Shown: positions 18,773-29,500 of the stretch, piece by piece | How the letters are laid out: each line of letters opens with the position of its first letter | How positions within the stretch are numbered: the stretch's first letter is position 1 | IMG/VR virus record: IMGVR_UViG_3300002231_001563 | Coordinates: 103,581-167,580 of that record | DNA: 64,000 nt | Source of the DNA: a virus | Reading direction: 5' to 3' (one strand) | Position numbers and translations under genes: made by a program | Notes under the pieces: model-generated | Told to the model about the DNA's origin: nothing | The model's input: the letters and a program-made list of their open reading frames with translations, nothing else | The model's database searches: none

Positions 18773-20999
18773 CGCTTTACAAGAATATACTAGAATTGCA
18801 AAATATGCAAAATATCTGCCCGAAAAGGAACGTCGAGAGACGTGGAGAGAACAAATTACTCGCGTATTTGATATGCATAGGGAATATTTTGCGGACTATT
18901 CCGAAGTGATGCCCTATATTGACGAAGCCGAGCAGGCAGTCTTAAAGAAGGAAGTTTTGGGATCTCAAAGAATCCTTCAGTTTGGAGGCGCCCCTATCTT
19001 CAAGCATAACGCGCGCGTTTATAACTGTGCTTTTGGGCACATTAATCGCCCTGAGGCTTTCTCGGAGTTGATTTATTTGTTGCTGTGTGGCTGTGGGGTG
19101 GGGTTTTCGGTCCAAAGGCATCATGTTGCGGAATTACCACCCATTGCCCGGCCAAGCCACCTTCTGGAAAAAGAATTTACAGTGCCTGACTCCATCGAGG
19201 GATGGGCAGATGCGGTGGGAGTTCTCATTTCCAGTTATATGAGCTTCGATTCCCGCTTCGAAATTTTTTTTGGTTCTAGGGTAAATTTTGATTATTCTCA
19301 GATTCGACCCCAGGGCGCGCCCTTGTCGTCTGGCTCGAAAGCTCCAGGCCCCCAAGGCCTAAAGCGCTCCATTGAAAAAATACGAGAGGTCCTTGATTCT
19401 CGCTTGGTGAATTCCCGAAAAGCCAACTTACGCCCCATAGATGTTTATGATATAATTATGCATAGCGCTGATGCTGTCATTTCTGGCGGGGTCCGTCGTT
19501 CAGCAACGATTGCTCTTTTTTCTCCTGATGATGAAGAGATGGCGAAGGCCAAAACGGGGAATTGGTTTATGGAAAACCCACAACGTGGCCGTTCCAACAA
19601 TAGCGCCCTTTTAGTTCGCGATGAAACCACAAAAGATCAGTTCAATAAATTAATGGAATGGGTACAAGAATTTGGTGAACCAGGTTTTGTCTGGGCAGAT
19701 TCTCGCGAGGTGGGCTTCAATCCTTGCGTTGAGATCGGCCTTTACCCAATTGATGAAGAGACCGGTCGCAGCGGGTGGCAATTTTGTAATTTGACAGAAA
19801 TCAATGGAAAAAAAGCATCTGACGCTCAGTCATTCTACAGGGCATGCCGCGCTGCAGCCATCATTGGCACTCTGCAAGCGGCCTACACTTCTTTTCCTTA
19901 TTTGGGAAAGGAGAGTGAAAGGATCACCGAAAGAGAAGCTCTTCTCGGAGTATCCGTTACAGGTATGATGGATAATCCGGAAGTTCTATTCGACCCACAG
20001 ATTCAGCGCAATGGAGCAAAAATAGTTAAAGATTTGAATAAGGCTATAGCCAGCATCATCAACATTAATCAAGCGGCTCGAACAACTTGCGTCAAACCTG
20101 CAGGCTCTACAAGCTGTATATTGGGGACAGCCAGCGGAATTCACCCTCACCACGCGAAGCGTTATTTCAGGAGAGTACAAGCCAACAAGCAAGAAAATCC
20201 TGTTCAATATTTCAAGACAATTAATCCCCGTGCAGTGGAAGCTTCGGTCTGGGATCCTAATGGGGTTACTGAAGTTATTACATTTTTGTGTGAAGTTCCG
20301 GTGGGGGCTAAAACAAAGAATCAAATCGATGCATCAAAACTATTGGAGAGTGTAAAGCTGACACAACAGAATTGGGTACGCTATGGTACGAATAAAGAAT
20401 TGTGTACGCAACCTTATCTCTCTCACAATGTATCTAATACTATCCATGTACGCGAGGACGAGTGGGCCCACATCGCCGATTATATTTTTAAAAATCGAAA
20501 ATATTTTGCAGGAATCTCACTTATTCCCAGTTCCGGTGACAAAGACTATCCTCAAGCCCCGTTTTGTGCGGTTCCTTACCCGGCCGATATTTTGAGGACT
20601 TATGGTCCAGGATCTTTTTTTGCTTCTGGAATTATAGAGGCCGCCCTCACCTCCTTTAAAGGAGACCTTTGGAGCGCCAGCGATTGCCTGTTGGGCATCG
20701 GCGCCCCCCTCCATACTGTGGATTATGTGCAACAAAGGTGGCTCACCGCCGCAATTAAATTCGCTGATTCTCATTTTGAGGGAAACGTTCGTAAAATGAC
20801 CTATTGCTTGAAGGATATCTATAATCTTCATCTATGGGAAAAATTATCGAAAGAATATCAAGAGGTTGATTGGACCACCATGGTGGAGGACCGAGATTAT
20901 ATTGATTTTCAACAAGATTCAGCGTGCGCCGGAGGCGCATGCGAGATGCCAGTAGAATATTTAGAAGCACTTAGAGCAATAAATTTGGAGGAACAATAA
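18762..20999 (+). CDS. nrdJ: class II (adenosylcobalamin-dependent) ribonucleotide reductase
   Basis: YNCAF, GFNPCVEIGL (NPCxE), FCNLTEIN, TCVKPAGSTS; no NrdB small subunit in window. Confidence 0.88.
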   Translation: MSISALQEYTRIAKYAKYLPEKERRETWREQITRVFDMHREYFADYSEVMPYIDEAEQAVLKKEVLGSQRILQFGGAPIFKHNARVYNCAFGHINRPEAFSELIYLLLCGCGVGFSVQRHHVAELPPIARPSHLLEKEFTVPDSIEGWADAVGVLISSYMSFDSRFEIFFGSRVNFDYSQIRPQGAPLSSGSKAPGPQGLKRSIEKIREVLDSRLVNSRKANLRPIDVYDIIMHSADAVISGGVRRSATIALFSPDDEEMAKAKTGNWFMENPQRGRSNNSALLVRDETTKDQFNKLMEWVQEFGEPGFVWADSREVGFNPCVEIGLYPIDEETGRSGWQFCNLTEINGKKASDAQSFYRACRAAAIIGTLQAAYTSFPYLGKESERITEREALLGVSVTGMMDNPEVLFDPQIQRNGAKIVKDLNKAIASIININQAARTTCVKPAGSTSCILGTASGIHPHHAKRYFRRVQANKQENPVQYFKTINPRAVEASVWDPNGVTEVITFLCEVPVGAKTKNQIDASKLLESVKLTQQNWVRYGTNKELCTQPYLSHNVSNTIHVREDEWAHIADYIFKNRKYFAGISLIPSSGDKDYPQAPFCAVPYPADILRTYGPGSFFASGIIEAALTSFKGDLWSASDCLLGIGAPLHTVDYVQQRWLTAAIKFADSHFEGNVRKMTYCLKDIYNLHLWEKLSKEYQEVDWTTMVEDRDYIDFQQDSACAGGACEMPVEYLEALRAINLEEQ

Positions 21000-21283
21000 T
21001 GTTTAAACCCTGTAATAGATACCTTTTAATTGAGAGAAATATGAAGTCCGAGGAGGAGTCGCTCATCGCCCTCCCTGAAGGAGCCTTCAATACGGAGAGC
21101 AGATATGAGAAAGTTACGATTTCTGGTGTGGCGCCCGATGTCCGTCCCCCCATCGCCGTAGGGCAAGATGTGGTAGTTTTAACCCATATGATTGAAGAAG
21201 TGGAATTTGATAATGTAACTGTCTATTTAGTACTAGAAAACCATGTGTTGGGTATTGTAGGAGATGAGTATGGAAACGAATAA
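20999..21283 (+). CDS. groES: co-chaperonin GroES-like
   Basis: MFKPCNRYLLIE...LIALPE...VGQDVV...VLENHVLGIV. Confidence 0.75.
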   Translation: MFKPCNRYLLIERNMKSEEESLIALPEGAFNTESRYEKVTISGVAPDVRPPIAVGQDVVVLTHMIEEVEFDNVTVYLVLENHVLGIVGDEYGNE

Positions 21284-21422
21284 TGAGACTTTTTTAAAGT
21301 GGGTTAAGGCAGTCATAGAGGAGCAGTTAGCTAAACGCGATCCGCTTCTAGAGGCGCCCAAGAACAAGCAGCGCGCCATTATTTTAGAAAATAAAATAAA
21401 GAAACTTTTGGGGAGTTCTTAA
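21270..21422 (+). CDS. 50-aa hypothetical late protein (not in ORF track)
   Basis: METNNETFLKWVKAVIEEQLAKRDPLLEAPKNKQRAIILENKIKKLLGSS; GGAG RBS; TCTATTTA motif at 21222. Confidence 0.55.
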   Translation: METNNETFLKWVKAVIEEQLAKRDPLLEAPKNKQRAIILENKIKKLLGSS

Positions 21423-22285
21423 TTCGCCCATCGCGTCTAGATAAGCACGAATATGATTATGATACTATAGTGGTGGGCGCCAATCTTAGTGCACTCCTCT
21501 ATGCATACCTAGCAGACGCGCCTTGCATCTATGTCGATCCTCTTCCACCCTTCCGTTTTGAGGACTCGGCAAAAATCTGGGACATGCCCCCTCTTGAGTT
21601 ATGGGAAAGGCTTATGTTCTGCCTCTCCTTATCAGGCCAGCTGCCCATGGGGCCCACTGCGGCCTCAATCAAATTAACTGACCATCACATGAGAGTGGTC
21701 ACTCAACGGTCACGATTGGGGCGCTTTAATTTTAAGAAACTAATTATTTTTGATGATACTTCGATCCAAGGCCTAAGTGAATCGACAGGGCAGCGCATTG
21801 GCAAAACTAAGGTTATTGATTGGTTCGCGGTTCGATCGGGAATGGAGCATTCACATGATAGTCTTGCGACAAATGATGATTTTATTAAAAAAGTTATTTT
21901 TTACCCCTCCGATAGATTTGGAAGCCAGTCGACAGATAGAATTAGAAAAGATCTTGTGGCGATATCATATCTGGACTCTGATGAGGTAGATAATTTTGAT
22001 TATTCGAGCACGATGGCGCGTTTTAAAATCACCCAAATGATGAAAGAGGCGGGAATCAAAGGTGCAAGGAATGGAAAAGATACAAACAATCCGTCTCTAT
22101 ATCGTTATTACTCGGTAAAAGTGGAATCGATGGAGCGTGAGGTGTTTCGGTCAATTCAAACTTTTTATGCAGAGGATCCACGATTTGAGTTTCGCTATGA
22201 TTCTCCTGTAGAAGTTATTGATCAATTTGACGCCCCTATGGTTCTGGGGCCCCTATTGGAAAATATAGAAACTATCTCAAAGTAG
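21422..22285 (+). CDS. hypothetical protein with degenerate Rossmann-like N-terminus; probable ATT start
   Basis: Frame open upstream of GTG 21470 giving YDYDTIVVGANLSALLYA; GGGGAG 6 nt before ATT, which overlaps the upstream TAA. Confidence 0.55.
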   Translation: MRPSRLDKHEYDYDTIVVGANLSALLYAYLADAPCIYVDPLPPFRFEDSAKIWDMPPLELWERLMFCLSLSGQLPMGPTAASIKLTDHHMRVVTQRSRLGRFNFKKLIIFDDTSIQGLSESTGQRIGKTKVIDWFAVRSGMEHSHDSLATNDDFIKKVIFYPSDRFGSQSTDRIRKDLVAISYLDSDEVDNFDYSSTMARFKITQMMKEAGIKGARNGKDTNNPSLYRYYSVKVESMEREVFRSIQTFYAEDPRFEFRYDSPVEVIDQFDAPMVLGPLLENIETISK

Positions 22286-22302
22286 GAACTAATTATAAGG
22301 TA

Positions 22303-22500
22303 ATGGGTCATCTGCGCGATATTGAAGAAGGCTATTTTGAGCACTTCCGTCATGCCTTTGAAATAGGTTCAATCTTATTCTTGGCTTCCTTCGGTCAGTT
22401 CTTACACTCTGTGTTTCCCGATATCTGCCCGCCTCTCGGGTCTGACGTTAGATCCTTGATTAAATTTTTAGAATCAAAGCTACCGGAGAATAGAAAATGA
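22303..22500 (+). CDS. small hypothetical protein (HL..IEEGYFEHF type)
   Basis: 65-aa ORF after ACTAATTA motif. Confidence 0.6.
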   Translation: MGHLRDIEEGYFEHFRHAFEIGSILFLASFGQFLHSVFPDICPPLGSDVRSLIKFLESKLPENRK

Positions 22501-24650
22501 AGCAATTCTTTGAAGGAATTCGACGTTGGACTGCCCTTAATGAGGAACAGCTTCTCGCGGAAGGAAGAGTCAAGGATGCCAAAAAGAAGTATCCAGATAT
22601 TGCGAACTTTGTTCCCGGCCTCACTGCTCGGGACCCGTCCGGAAACAATAAGTACTTAATGTGGTCAATGAAGCAGCTACAGAAGTTCGTGGATGCACAA
22701 TCCAAAGAGCGCGAGATCCCTATTGAAAATCTACCCGACTCTTTAACCGTACCCTATATGTCAAAAATTTCATCAGCTGTGGAAGAATTTCACGCTAATC
22801 ATCAGCGACTCAAAGACAAAGATATTAATTCTTATAAATCTCTAGACCAAATTAAGGACGCGGTCCATAATCTTGGATTGAGTCAAAAGAAAAAAAGAGG
22901 AAAACAACGCGTCGCCGCACAAGCCGGCTCCACCACTATTTACGAAAATGACGACTTTTGGATGATAAGGCCCGACACCACAGAGGCCTCGTGTTATTAC
23001 GGTAAAGGCACCAAGTGGTGTATCTCGGCCACTCAAAGTCAAAATTATTTTAAGTCCTATACCTCGGACGGGAAGAGCTTCTATATGATTATGATGAAAA
23101 ATCTTGACCAAGATTCCGATGGTAAAAAGATAGCCTTGGTTTATGGCAGGGACGCAATGTATGATTCGGAACCCGAGGAGATTTATGATGCCGTCGACAA
23201 TTCGATCGATCAGGACGAATTCTTAGAATATGTCACTCAGAATATTATCGCCTCCCATGTGCCTGACTATGAAGAGGCCTATCAGGAGTGGCAACTCTTC
23301 CAAGCCTCACCAAGGAAGTATAGATTCACCAATAGGTTGAAAAAGTTGGTTAACAGGATGCTCGCGAGCGGCGAGTACGATACTTCCATAGAAGAAAATG
23401 ATATAACTGGCGGCGAATATAAAGTGCTCTCTGAAGCCATGGCCGAAACCTTCCATAATGCTTCCTACGCCCTACAGCACGACGCCGCTTATTATAATGA
23501 AGAAAATCCTGCAGGACCAAATGAGGAAGATTATCAGGAAGTTATAGATGCTGCCGGTTTAGATCATGTCAATGTGCAGTTTGAGGATGACGGATCCAGC
23601 TGGGGATTTTGGTACGAGGGAACCATGGGTTGGGATCTCGCCTCCGACTTGGAGTACTCTCCGCATCCAGATACCGGAGAAGAGGCCGATTTTGACGACT
23701 GGGAAGACGAAATTTCGGACATCTTTCGCGACACCGCCGACGATTTTTATGTATATCCTGATGAAGTGCAGGCCTCCGGGTACGGTCACCCCGCCGTCAA
23801 CTTCAGCTTCCGTCCGGACGCCGAAGAGAGCGGCAGCCTCCAGGCTTTTCAGGTGTTCGTGGAGCGTATGGCGGAGCATGACTCGCACTATAAAGAGATT
23901 CTTGAAGCATCTCTAGAAAGAATGGCTGAAGAAGGAATTATACACTCTCCTGGCTATGAAGAAAAGAAGGCCAAATTTGAAAAACTTCCCAAACTTAAAA
24001 ACTTTGATGCAACTTTTTCGAAAGGAAAGATCAATTTTGTGCAAAAATCTCCCACCGAAGTAATCATTCCTCTAGCGCAAGCGCTGGGGATGCGAGATTT
24101 AAAGCCATTGACTCCCCGTAGCTCGGGCGACGTTTACAATTCCGCCGCCAACCAGTGGAAAGAATACTTGGAACAAAAGCTGCGCATATTGCGCAATACC
24201 ATGCAGCATGTCTTTCGCGCCGCTTACAACGAGACATGGCCCCTAGCCTATGACGCCAGCCAGCAAAAAAAGAAGCAGGGAGAGATGTTTGTTAACGAAA
24301 TTATCCTCTATGGAGAAAGGAACGATCCAGTGCAAGGGGATTGGGAAATGTTCGATGTGGACCTGATAGATGGCGGTACGCTGACGGGGCAAGCCATATT
24401 CAGCAGATTTGAACTTGATGACGAGCGAGGTTTACAATACATGACCTGGCTCGATGACAATTTAAATATTTTTTACGACGCGGCCGCCCAATCTATTCTT
24501 GCTTATGCCCAAGAGAACGCGCAGGTTTCCCGCCAACATTGGCCCGAAAAGTTTAAATCTACATCCCAAGAGGCGGACTCTCAGCCTACCATGGAGGGAG
24601 TCTCTTATGGGACTCTCTGTGAGAGCTGGAAAAGTTGGGCCACCAAATGA
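22497..24650 (+). CDS. 717-aa hypothetical protein with CYYGxGTKWCI domain and acidic central region
   Basis: Long ORF; ASCYYGKGTKWCISAT motif seen in large-phage proteins; N-terminal LNE/LAE sites. Confidence 0.65.
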   Translation: MKQFFEGIRRWTALNEEQLLAEGRVKDAKKKYPDIANFVPGLTARDPSGNNKYLMWSMKQLQKFVDAQSKEREIPIENLPDSLTVPYMSKISSAVEEFHANHQRLKDKDINSYKSLDQIKDAVHNLGLSQKKKRGKQRVAAQAGSTTIYENDDFWMIRPDTTEASCYYGKGTKWCISATQSQNYFKSYTSDGKSFYMIMMKNLDQDSDGKKIALVYGRDAMYDSEPEEIYDAVDNSIDQDEFLEYVTQNIIASHVPDYEEAYQEWQLFQASPRKYRFTNRLKKLVNRMLASGEYDTSIEENDITGGEYKVLSEAMAETFHNASYALQHDAAYYNEENPAGPNEEDYQEVIDAAGLDHVNVQFEDDGSSWGFWYEGTMGWDLASDLEYSPHPDTGEEADFDDWEDEISDIFRDTADDFYVYPDEVQASGYGHPAVNFSFRPDAEESGSLQAFQVFVERMAEHDSHYKEILEASLERMAEEGIIHSPGYEEKKAKFEKLPKLKNFDATFSKGKINFVQKSPTEVIIPLAQALGMRDLKPLTPRSSGDVYNSAANQWKEYLEQKLRILRNTMQHVFRAAYNETWPLAYDASQQKKKQGEMFVNEIILYGERNDPVQGDWEMFDVDLIDGGTLTGQAIFSRFELDDERGLQYMTWLDDNLNIFYDAAAQSILAYAQENAQVSRQHWPEKFKSTSQEADSQPTMEGVSYGTLCESWKSWATK

Positions 24651-25702
24651 AACTCCTACTTGAAAATTGGCGTAAGTTTGTTTCTGAATCTGAGAAAAAA
24701 GACGATGATCCATGCCGGGATGGCTATGAGCAAATAGGCATGAAGAAGAAGGATGGCAAAGAGGTTCCTAACTGTGTGCCGAGACAAGACGAGGCCATGG
24801 ATTCCGAAGAAGAATACTATGAAGTTGACGCTCTTAGCGAAGACGAAGAATACTGTCCGGTATGTTCGCACCTCGAAGAGGCCAAAAAGAAAAAGCCATG
24901 CAAGCCTTCCAAGGGAAAGAGGTTTGCCAAAAGAGTAGACGGAAAATGCCGATCTTACGGCCAGGCAGGGAAGGCAAAAGGAGGCGGAGATCGCATCCGC
25001 CCCGGAACAAAAAAGGGAGATGCTTATTGTGCAAGATCAGCCGGCATCAAAAAGTGTAAAAATCCTCCATGTGCCAACACCCTGTCTAGGAAGAAATGGA
25101 AATGTCGAGGAAAGAAATCTATGAAAGAGAGCTTTTTTGACTTTTTCAAAAGTGACTCTACTGCCCCCTCAAATACAGACATGTCTCCAGAAGAGAGGGA
25201 ATTTCACAGACAACAGGCTTTATTTAAGTCTTCCGACTGGCACGCGACATTTGATGTATACAACCACTATAAAATTTTAATGTACGGCGGAGCATATAAT
25301 CGTAGCAAACGTGTAGATCCACACAGGATGAGATTGTCAAGAAAGGCTTGGACTAAGCTGACACCAATGGGTAAAAGAAAGCGGCTGCGAGAACTAGCAG
25401 CGTTTCACGACAACGTTCTTCGCCCAACGGCAGATAAGATATTTGGCTTCGCTGCCGAGCTAGAGTCGGGTGATTTTGAAGATGCCACCAGTAGATATAA
25501 AGTCTGGTCAGGCGACATCGACCCTGCAAGAATCCGCAAACAACTACCAAACTGGGCTAAATCGTTCAGGTCAGCACTTAAGGTACTCAAAAGATTTTAT
25601 GAAAACGAAGCTCCCAAGCTCGGCCTCGACGAGTGGGAGCCACAACCCGGGCTAGAAGACATCAAAGATTTTATGGATTTAGCAAGCATACAAGAGGAAT
25701 AG
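24647..25702 (+). CDS. mosaic protein of small Cys/Lys-rich modules
   Basis: MKLLLENWRKF start; CRDGYEQIGMKKKDGKEVPNCVP and GDAYCARSAG...SRKKWKC modules. Confidence 0.65.
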   Translation: MKLLLENWRKFVSESEKKDDDPCRDGYEQIGMKKKDGKEVPNCVPRQDEAMDSEEEYYEVDALSEDEEYCPVCSHLEEAKKKKPCKPSKGKRFAKRVDGKCRSYGQAGKAKGGGDRIRPGTKKGDAYCARSAGIKKCKNPPCANTLSRKKWKCRGKKSMKESFFDFFKSDSTAPSNTDMSPEEREFHRQQALFKSSDWHATFDVYNHYKILMYGGAYNRSKRVDPHRMRLSRKAWTKLTPMGKRKRLRELAAFHDNVLRPTADKIFGFAAELESGDFEDATSRYKVWSGDIDPARIRKQLPNWAKSFRSALKVLKRFYENEAPKLGLDEWEPQPGLEDIKDFMDLASIQEE

Positions 25703-26587
25703 TTGAGTTCATTTCACTTAGCAGGAATTATTCCTGTAGCGGGACAGCCCCTTGATTTTAAAATGGATTGGCATGATTCACTAATGCCTATCGCACCCGA
25801 CTACCTGGCAGTTGAGCGTGCAGTGTTTGAGTGTGCTTGGGCAGGATGCGAAACTATCTGGATTGTAGCCAATGACGACATGACTCCGTTGATCAGGCAT
25901 AGACTAGGAGAGTGGGTTCAAGATCCTGTTTGGATTGGGCGAAGGCTTGATCCCTATCCCTCACAAACAAGAAAGCAAATACCAATTTACTATGTCCCTG
26001 TACGCGCAAAGGATGTGGGCAAAAGAGACTGTTTGGCTTGGAGTGTCCTTCACGGCGCTGTAACTGCTTTCGAGATTTCTGCGCGCCTAAGCAAGTGGGT
26101 AGTCCCAAAAAGAAACTATGTGGCCTTCCCTTACGGGGTCTATGACCCTGAAATCTTGCGAGAACATAGGAAGACCATCTCCAGCGAAAAGCCATTTATG
26201 CTAAGTCATAATGGAAAGACGGTTCAAGACGGAGAATACCTCGGATTCACCTTTGACAAAAATGATTTTGTCCTCTCGCGCCGAGTAATTCGCGAAGGTA
26301 CGGGGAAATATAATTCCGAAGTATTGGAGGAAGGGCTATTTCCTAGGGCAAAGCTTCCGAAAGAGGAAAGGTGGTCGGCTCGTTATTTTTCCCTTGACAA
26401 AGTCTTCAAACCTGTTATAATATATAAAGAAAGTACAGTTGAAGTCCCTTGGTATCACAACATAGATTCTTGGGACCGTTATTGCAATTATTTGGGGTCC
26501 GACGAGAGGAAACTGGTTGAAAGACCCCACCCAATATTTATGAAATATCACGAATGGAATGAGATAGGAGTTGATGATGAAGAGTGA
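25703..26587 (+). CDS. degenerate nucleotidyltransferase (NTP_transferase)-like protein
   Basis: LAGIIPVAG...SLMPI...AVFECAWAGCETIWIV mirrors the sugar-1-P nucleotidyltransferase N-terminus but lacks GxGTR and the conserved Lys. Confidence 0.55.
   Translation: MSSFHLAGIIPVAGQPLDFKMDWHDSLMPIAPDYLAVERAVFECAWAGCETIWIVANDDMTPLIRHRLGEWVQDPVWIGRRLDPYPSQTRKQIPIYYVPVRAKDVGKRDCLAWSVLHGAVTAFEISARLSKWVVPKRNYVAFPYGVYDPEILREHRKTISSEKPFMLSHNGKTVQDGEYLGFTFDKNDFVLSRRVIREGTGKYNSEVLEEGLFPRAKLPKEERWSARYFSLDKVFKPVIIYKESTVEVPWYHNIDSWDRYCNYLGSDERKLVERPHPIFMKYHEWNEIGVDDEE
26394..26421 (+). promoter_or_regulatory. sigma70-type promoter inside upstream CDS, feeding dnaE
   Basis: TTGACA-16-TATAAT with TGn. Confidence 0.7.
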
Positions 26588-29500
26588 GATCCCTTTTGTT
26601 GGATTACATGCACACAGTGTAGCTGGGAGCATCTTCGATGCTATTGGTTATCCTCAAGAGCATATGGACTTTGCCTTTGAGAATGGCATGGATGCCCTTG
26701 CTTTGACCGACCACGGAAATATGAACGGCTTGCCCCATCAAGTCATGCATGCCAAAAAAATGAGGGAGGAGGGGAGGAATTTCAAGCCCATCTTCGGTAT
26801 CGAGGCGTACTTCCTCCCCTCCCTTGATGACTGGCGCAATGACTACGAAGCGGCCAAAGAAGACAAGAAGAAGCGCAAGACTCTAAGCAAGGACGTGACT
26901 GCGACAACGGTTGAAGACGAAGATGCATCCAAAAAGCAAACCCGGAATATCCTCAATCGCCGCCGCCACCTGATCCTGTTAGCACAGGACCAAGAAGGCT
27001 TGAACAATCTCTTTGCAATGATCTCCGAATCCTTCGGTCCTGACAACTATTATCGATATCCGCGAGTTGACTATGCAACGCTCAAGAAGTACTGCAAGGG
27101 GGTCATAGGCGCCTCAGCTTGTCTTGGCGGTGTCTACGCTGGCAATTACTGGGAGAACCGCGAGGAAGGCGAATTAGCAGTCCTCAATGCTATGCGCGAA
27201 ACCACGAAACAGATGATTGATATCTTTGGGGATCGTTGGTATGGCGAACTTCAATGGAATAATATTCCCGAACAGCACAAACTCAATAAATACATCATCA
27301 AAATGCATGAGGAGTTTGGAATTGAGCTTATTTCAACATCAGACTCGCATTATCCAACGCCCGACTCTTGGAAGGACCGAGAGCTTTACAAGAAGCTTGG
27401 GTGGCTAGGTAAGCCACGGCCGGGCTACGAAAGCGCTGAACTTCCTGAGGGTGTAGAAGAGATTGGCTACGAGCTTTACCCGCGCAACGGCAATCAGATG
27501 TGGGAAGCATACAAGAAATATTCAGAATCTTGTGGTGTAGACTATGACGACGATCTGGTGATGAGGTCCATTACAAATACTTATCACATCGCTCATGAAC
27601 GAATCGCAGATTTCCTCCCGGATAACACTGTCCGTCTCCCTGATTTCGTTATTCCAGCCGGCGAGACAGCGGATTCGGCATTGGAGAAGTTTTGCATTGA
27701 GGGCCTGAGGCGCCTAGGCCTCCACGCTGATGAGAAATACACGGAACGCCTTCGCCAGGAACTTGGAGTAATTTCGGATCGAGGTTTTTCTAAGTATTTT
27801 TTGACCATGAATCAGGTTAGCCAAAAGGCAAACGAGGTGATGTTGGCCGGCCCTGGCCGAGGCTCGGCAGCTGGGTCTCTGGTGGCATATGCCCTAAACA
27901 TCACACAGGTCGACCCTCTAAAGTACGGTCTTCAGTTTTCTCGCTTTATGCGCGCCGACGCCACTGATTATCCGGATATTGATTACGATGTGTCGGACAG
28001 TATGGGACTCAAAGAGATGTTAATTAAATCATGGGGAGAGGACAAGGTAGCCCCTATCTCAAATTGGAACACACTGCAATTGAAAAGTCTAATCAAAGAT
28101 ATTTCTAAATTTTATGGTATTGAATTTAGGGAAGTCAATGATGTGACGTCTGTTATGTTATACGAAGCCATGGGCCCCGCCAAGATGCGCCATGGCATCA
28201 AGACGGGAATTTACTCTCCTACCTTCGAGGAAGTGATGGAATTCAGTGACACTCTGAAGAAATTCTTGGCCCGATATCCTCACGTCAAGACTCATGTTGA
28301 AGCTTTATATGGTCAAGTGAGATCCTGTTCTCGTCACGCCGGAGGCGTCGTCATCGGCGAAGACCTCAACAGTAGAATGCCCCTTATTAATTCCGGAGGA
28401 GTTCGCCAGACTCCTTGGTCAGAGGGTCAAAACGTACGCCACCTGGAGCCAATGGGCTTTATTAAATTTGATGTACTGGGCCTCTCTACTCTAAAGATGA
28501 TCGAGGGTGCAATCTATCACATTTTGCGCCGCCATCATGGCATTGAGAATCCCTCCTTCACTGACATTAAAGAATTTTACGACAAAAATCTTCATCCGGA
28601 TGTGATGGACTTCGGAGATCAAAATGTTTATGAGAATATTTTTCACAAAGGAAAGTGGGCGGGAGTCTTCCAGTTTACTGAAACGGGCGCGCAGAACTTC
28701 TGTAGGCTCGCAAAGCCCACTAATTTGATTGACCTTGCTGCTATTACCTCCATTTATCGCCCTGGACCCTTGGGCGCGAATGTGCACAATGATTATGTGG
28801 AAGCTAAACGTCGACCCCACCTGCTTAAATTTATTAATGAGGAGCATCGCTCTGTGACGGAGGAGACCTTCGGCTTCTTAATCTTTCAGGAGCAAATCGC
28901 CGAACTGGCCCATAGACTAGGGAAAGACCTTTCTCTGGATGAAGGAAATGCTCTTCGCAAAGTCTTGACCAAAAAGGGCACAGGGAAGGAGGCAAAGGTT
29001 AAGCGCGCCCTCCATAAGAAGTTTGTTGAGGGGTGTATCGAAAAAGGTTTACAGCAACGTACAGGCGAGAGGTTATGGGAGACATTTGAATACTTCTCAG
29101 GATATGGCTTTAATAAATCTCACGCTGTCTCCTACTGCATCATTTCTTTTCAGTGTGCGTGGCTGTTGAACTATTATCAGGTTGAGTGGCTCGCGGCTTT
29201 CTTAGATAAAGAGCCTGAAACGAGAAAAGAGAAGGCAATCAATATTGCTAAATCTTTCGGCCTTGGAATCAAGAGTCTTGATGTCAATTCTTCCGGACGT
29301 GTTTGGGAAATTTCAAAAGACGGGTCCATGCTCATTCAGCCCCTTTCTTCTATCAAGGGCTTGGGCGACGCCGCCATTGATCAAATACTCGCTCATCGAC
29401 CTTTCGCCAACGTAGAAGAGTTTATTTTTAATGAAAAAATAACTTATTCTAAACTTAATAAGAAGAGTTTGGATGTATTGTGCCGCTCGGGTACCCTGAA

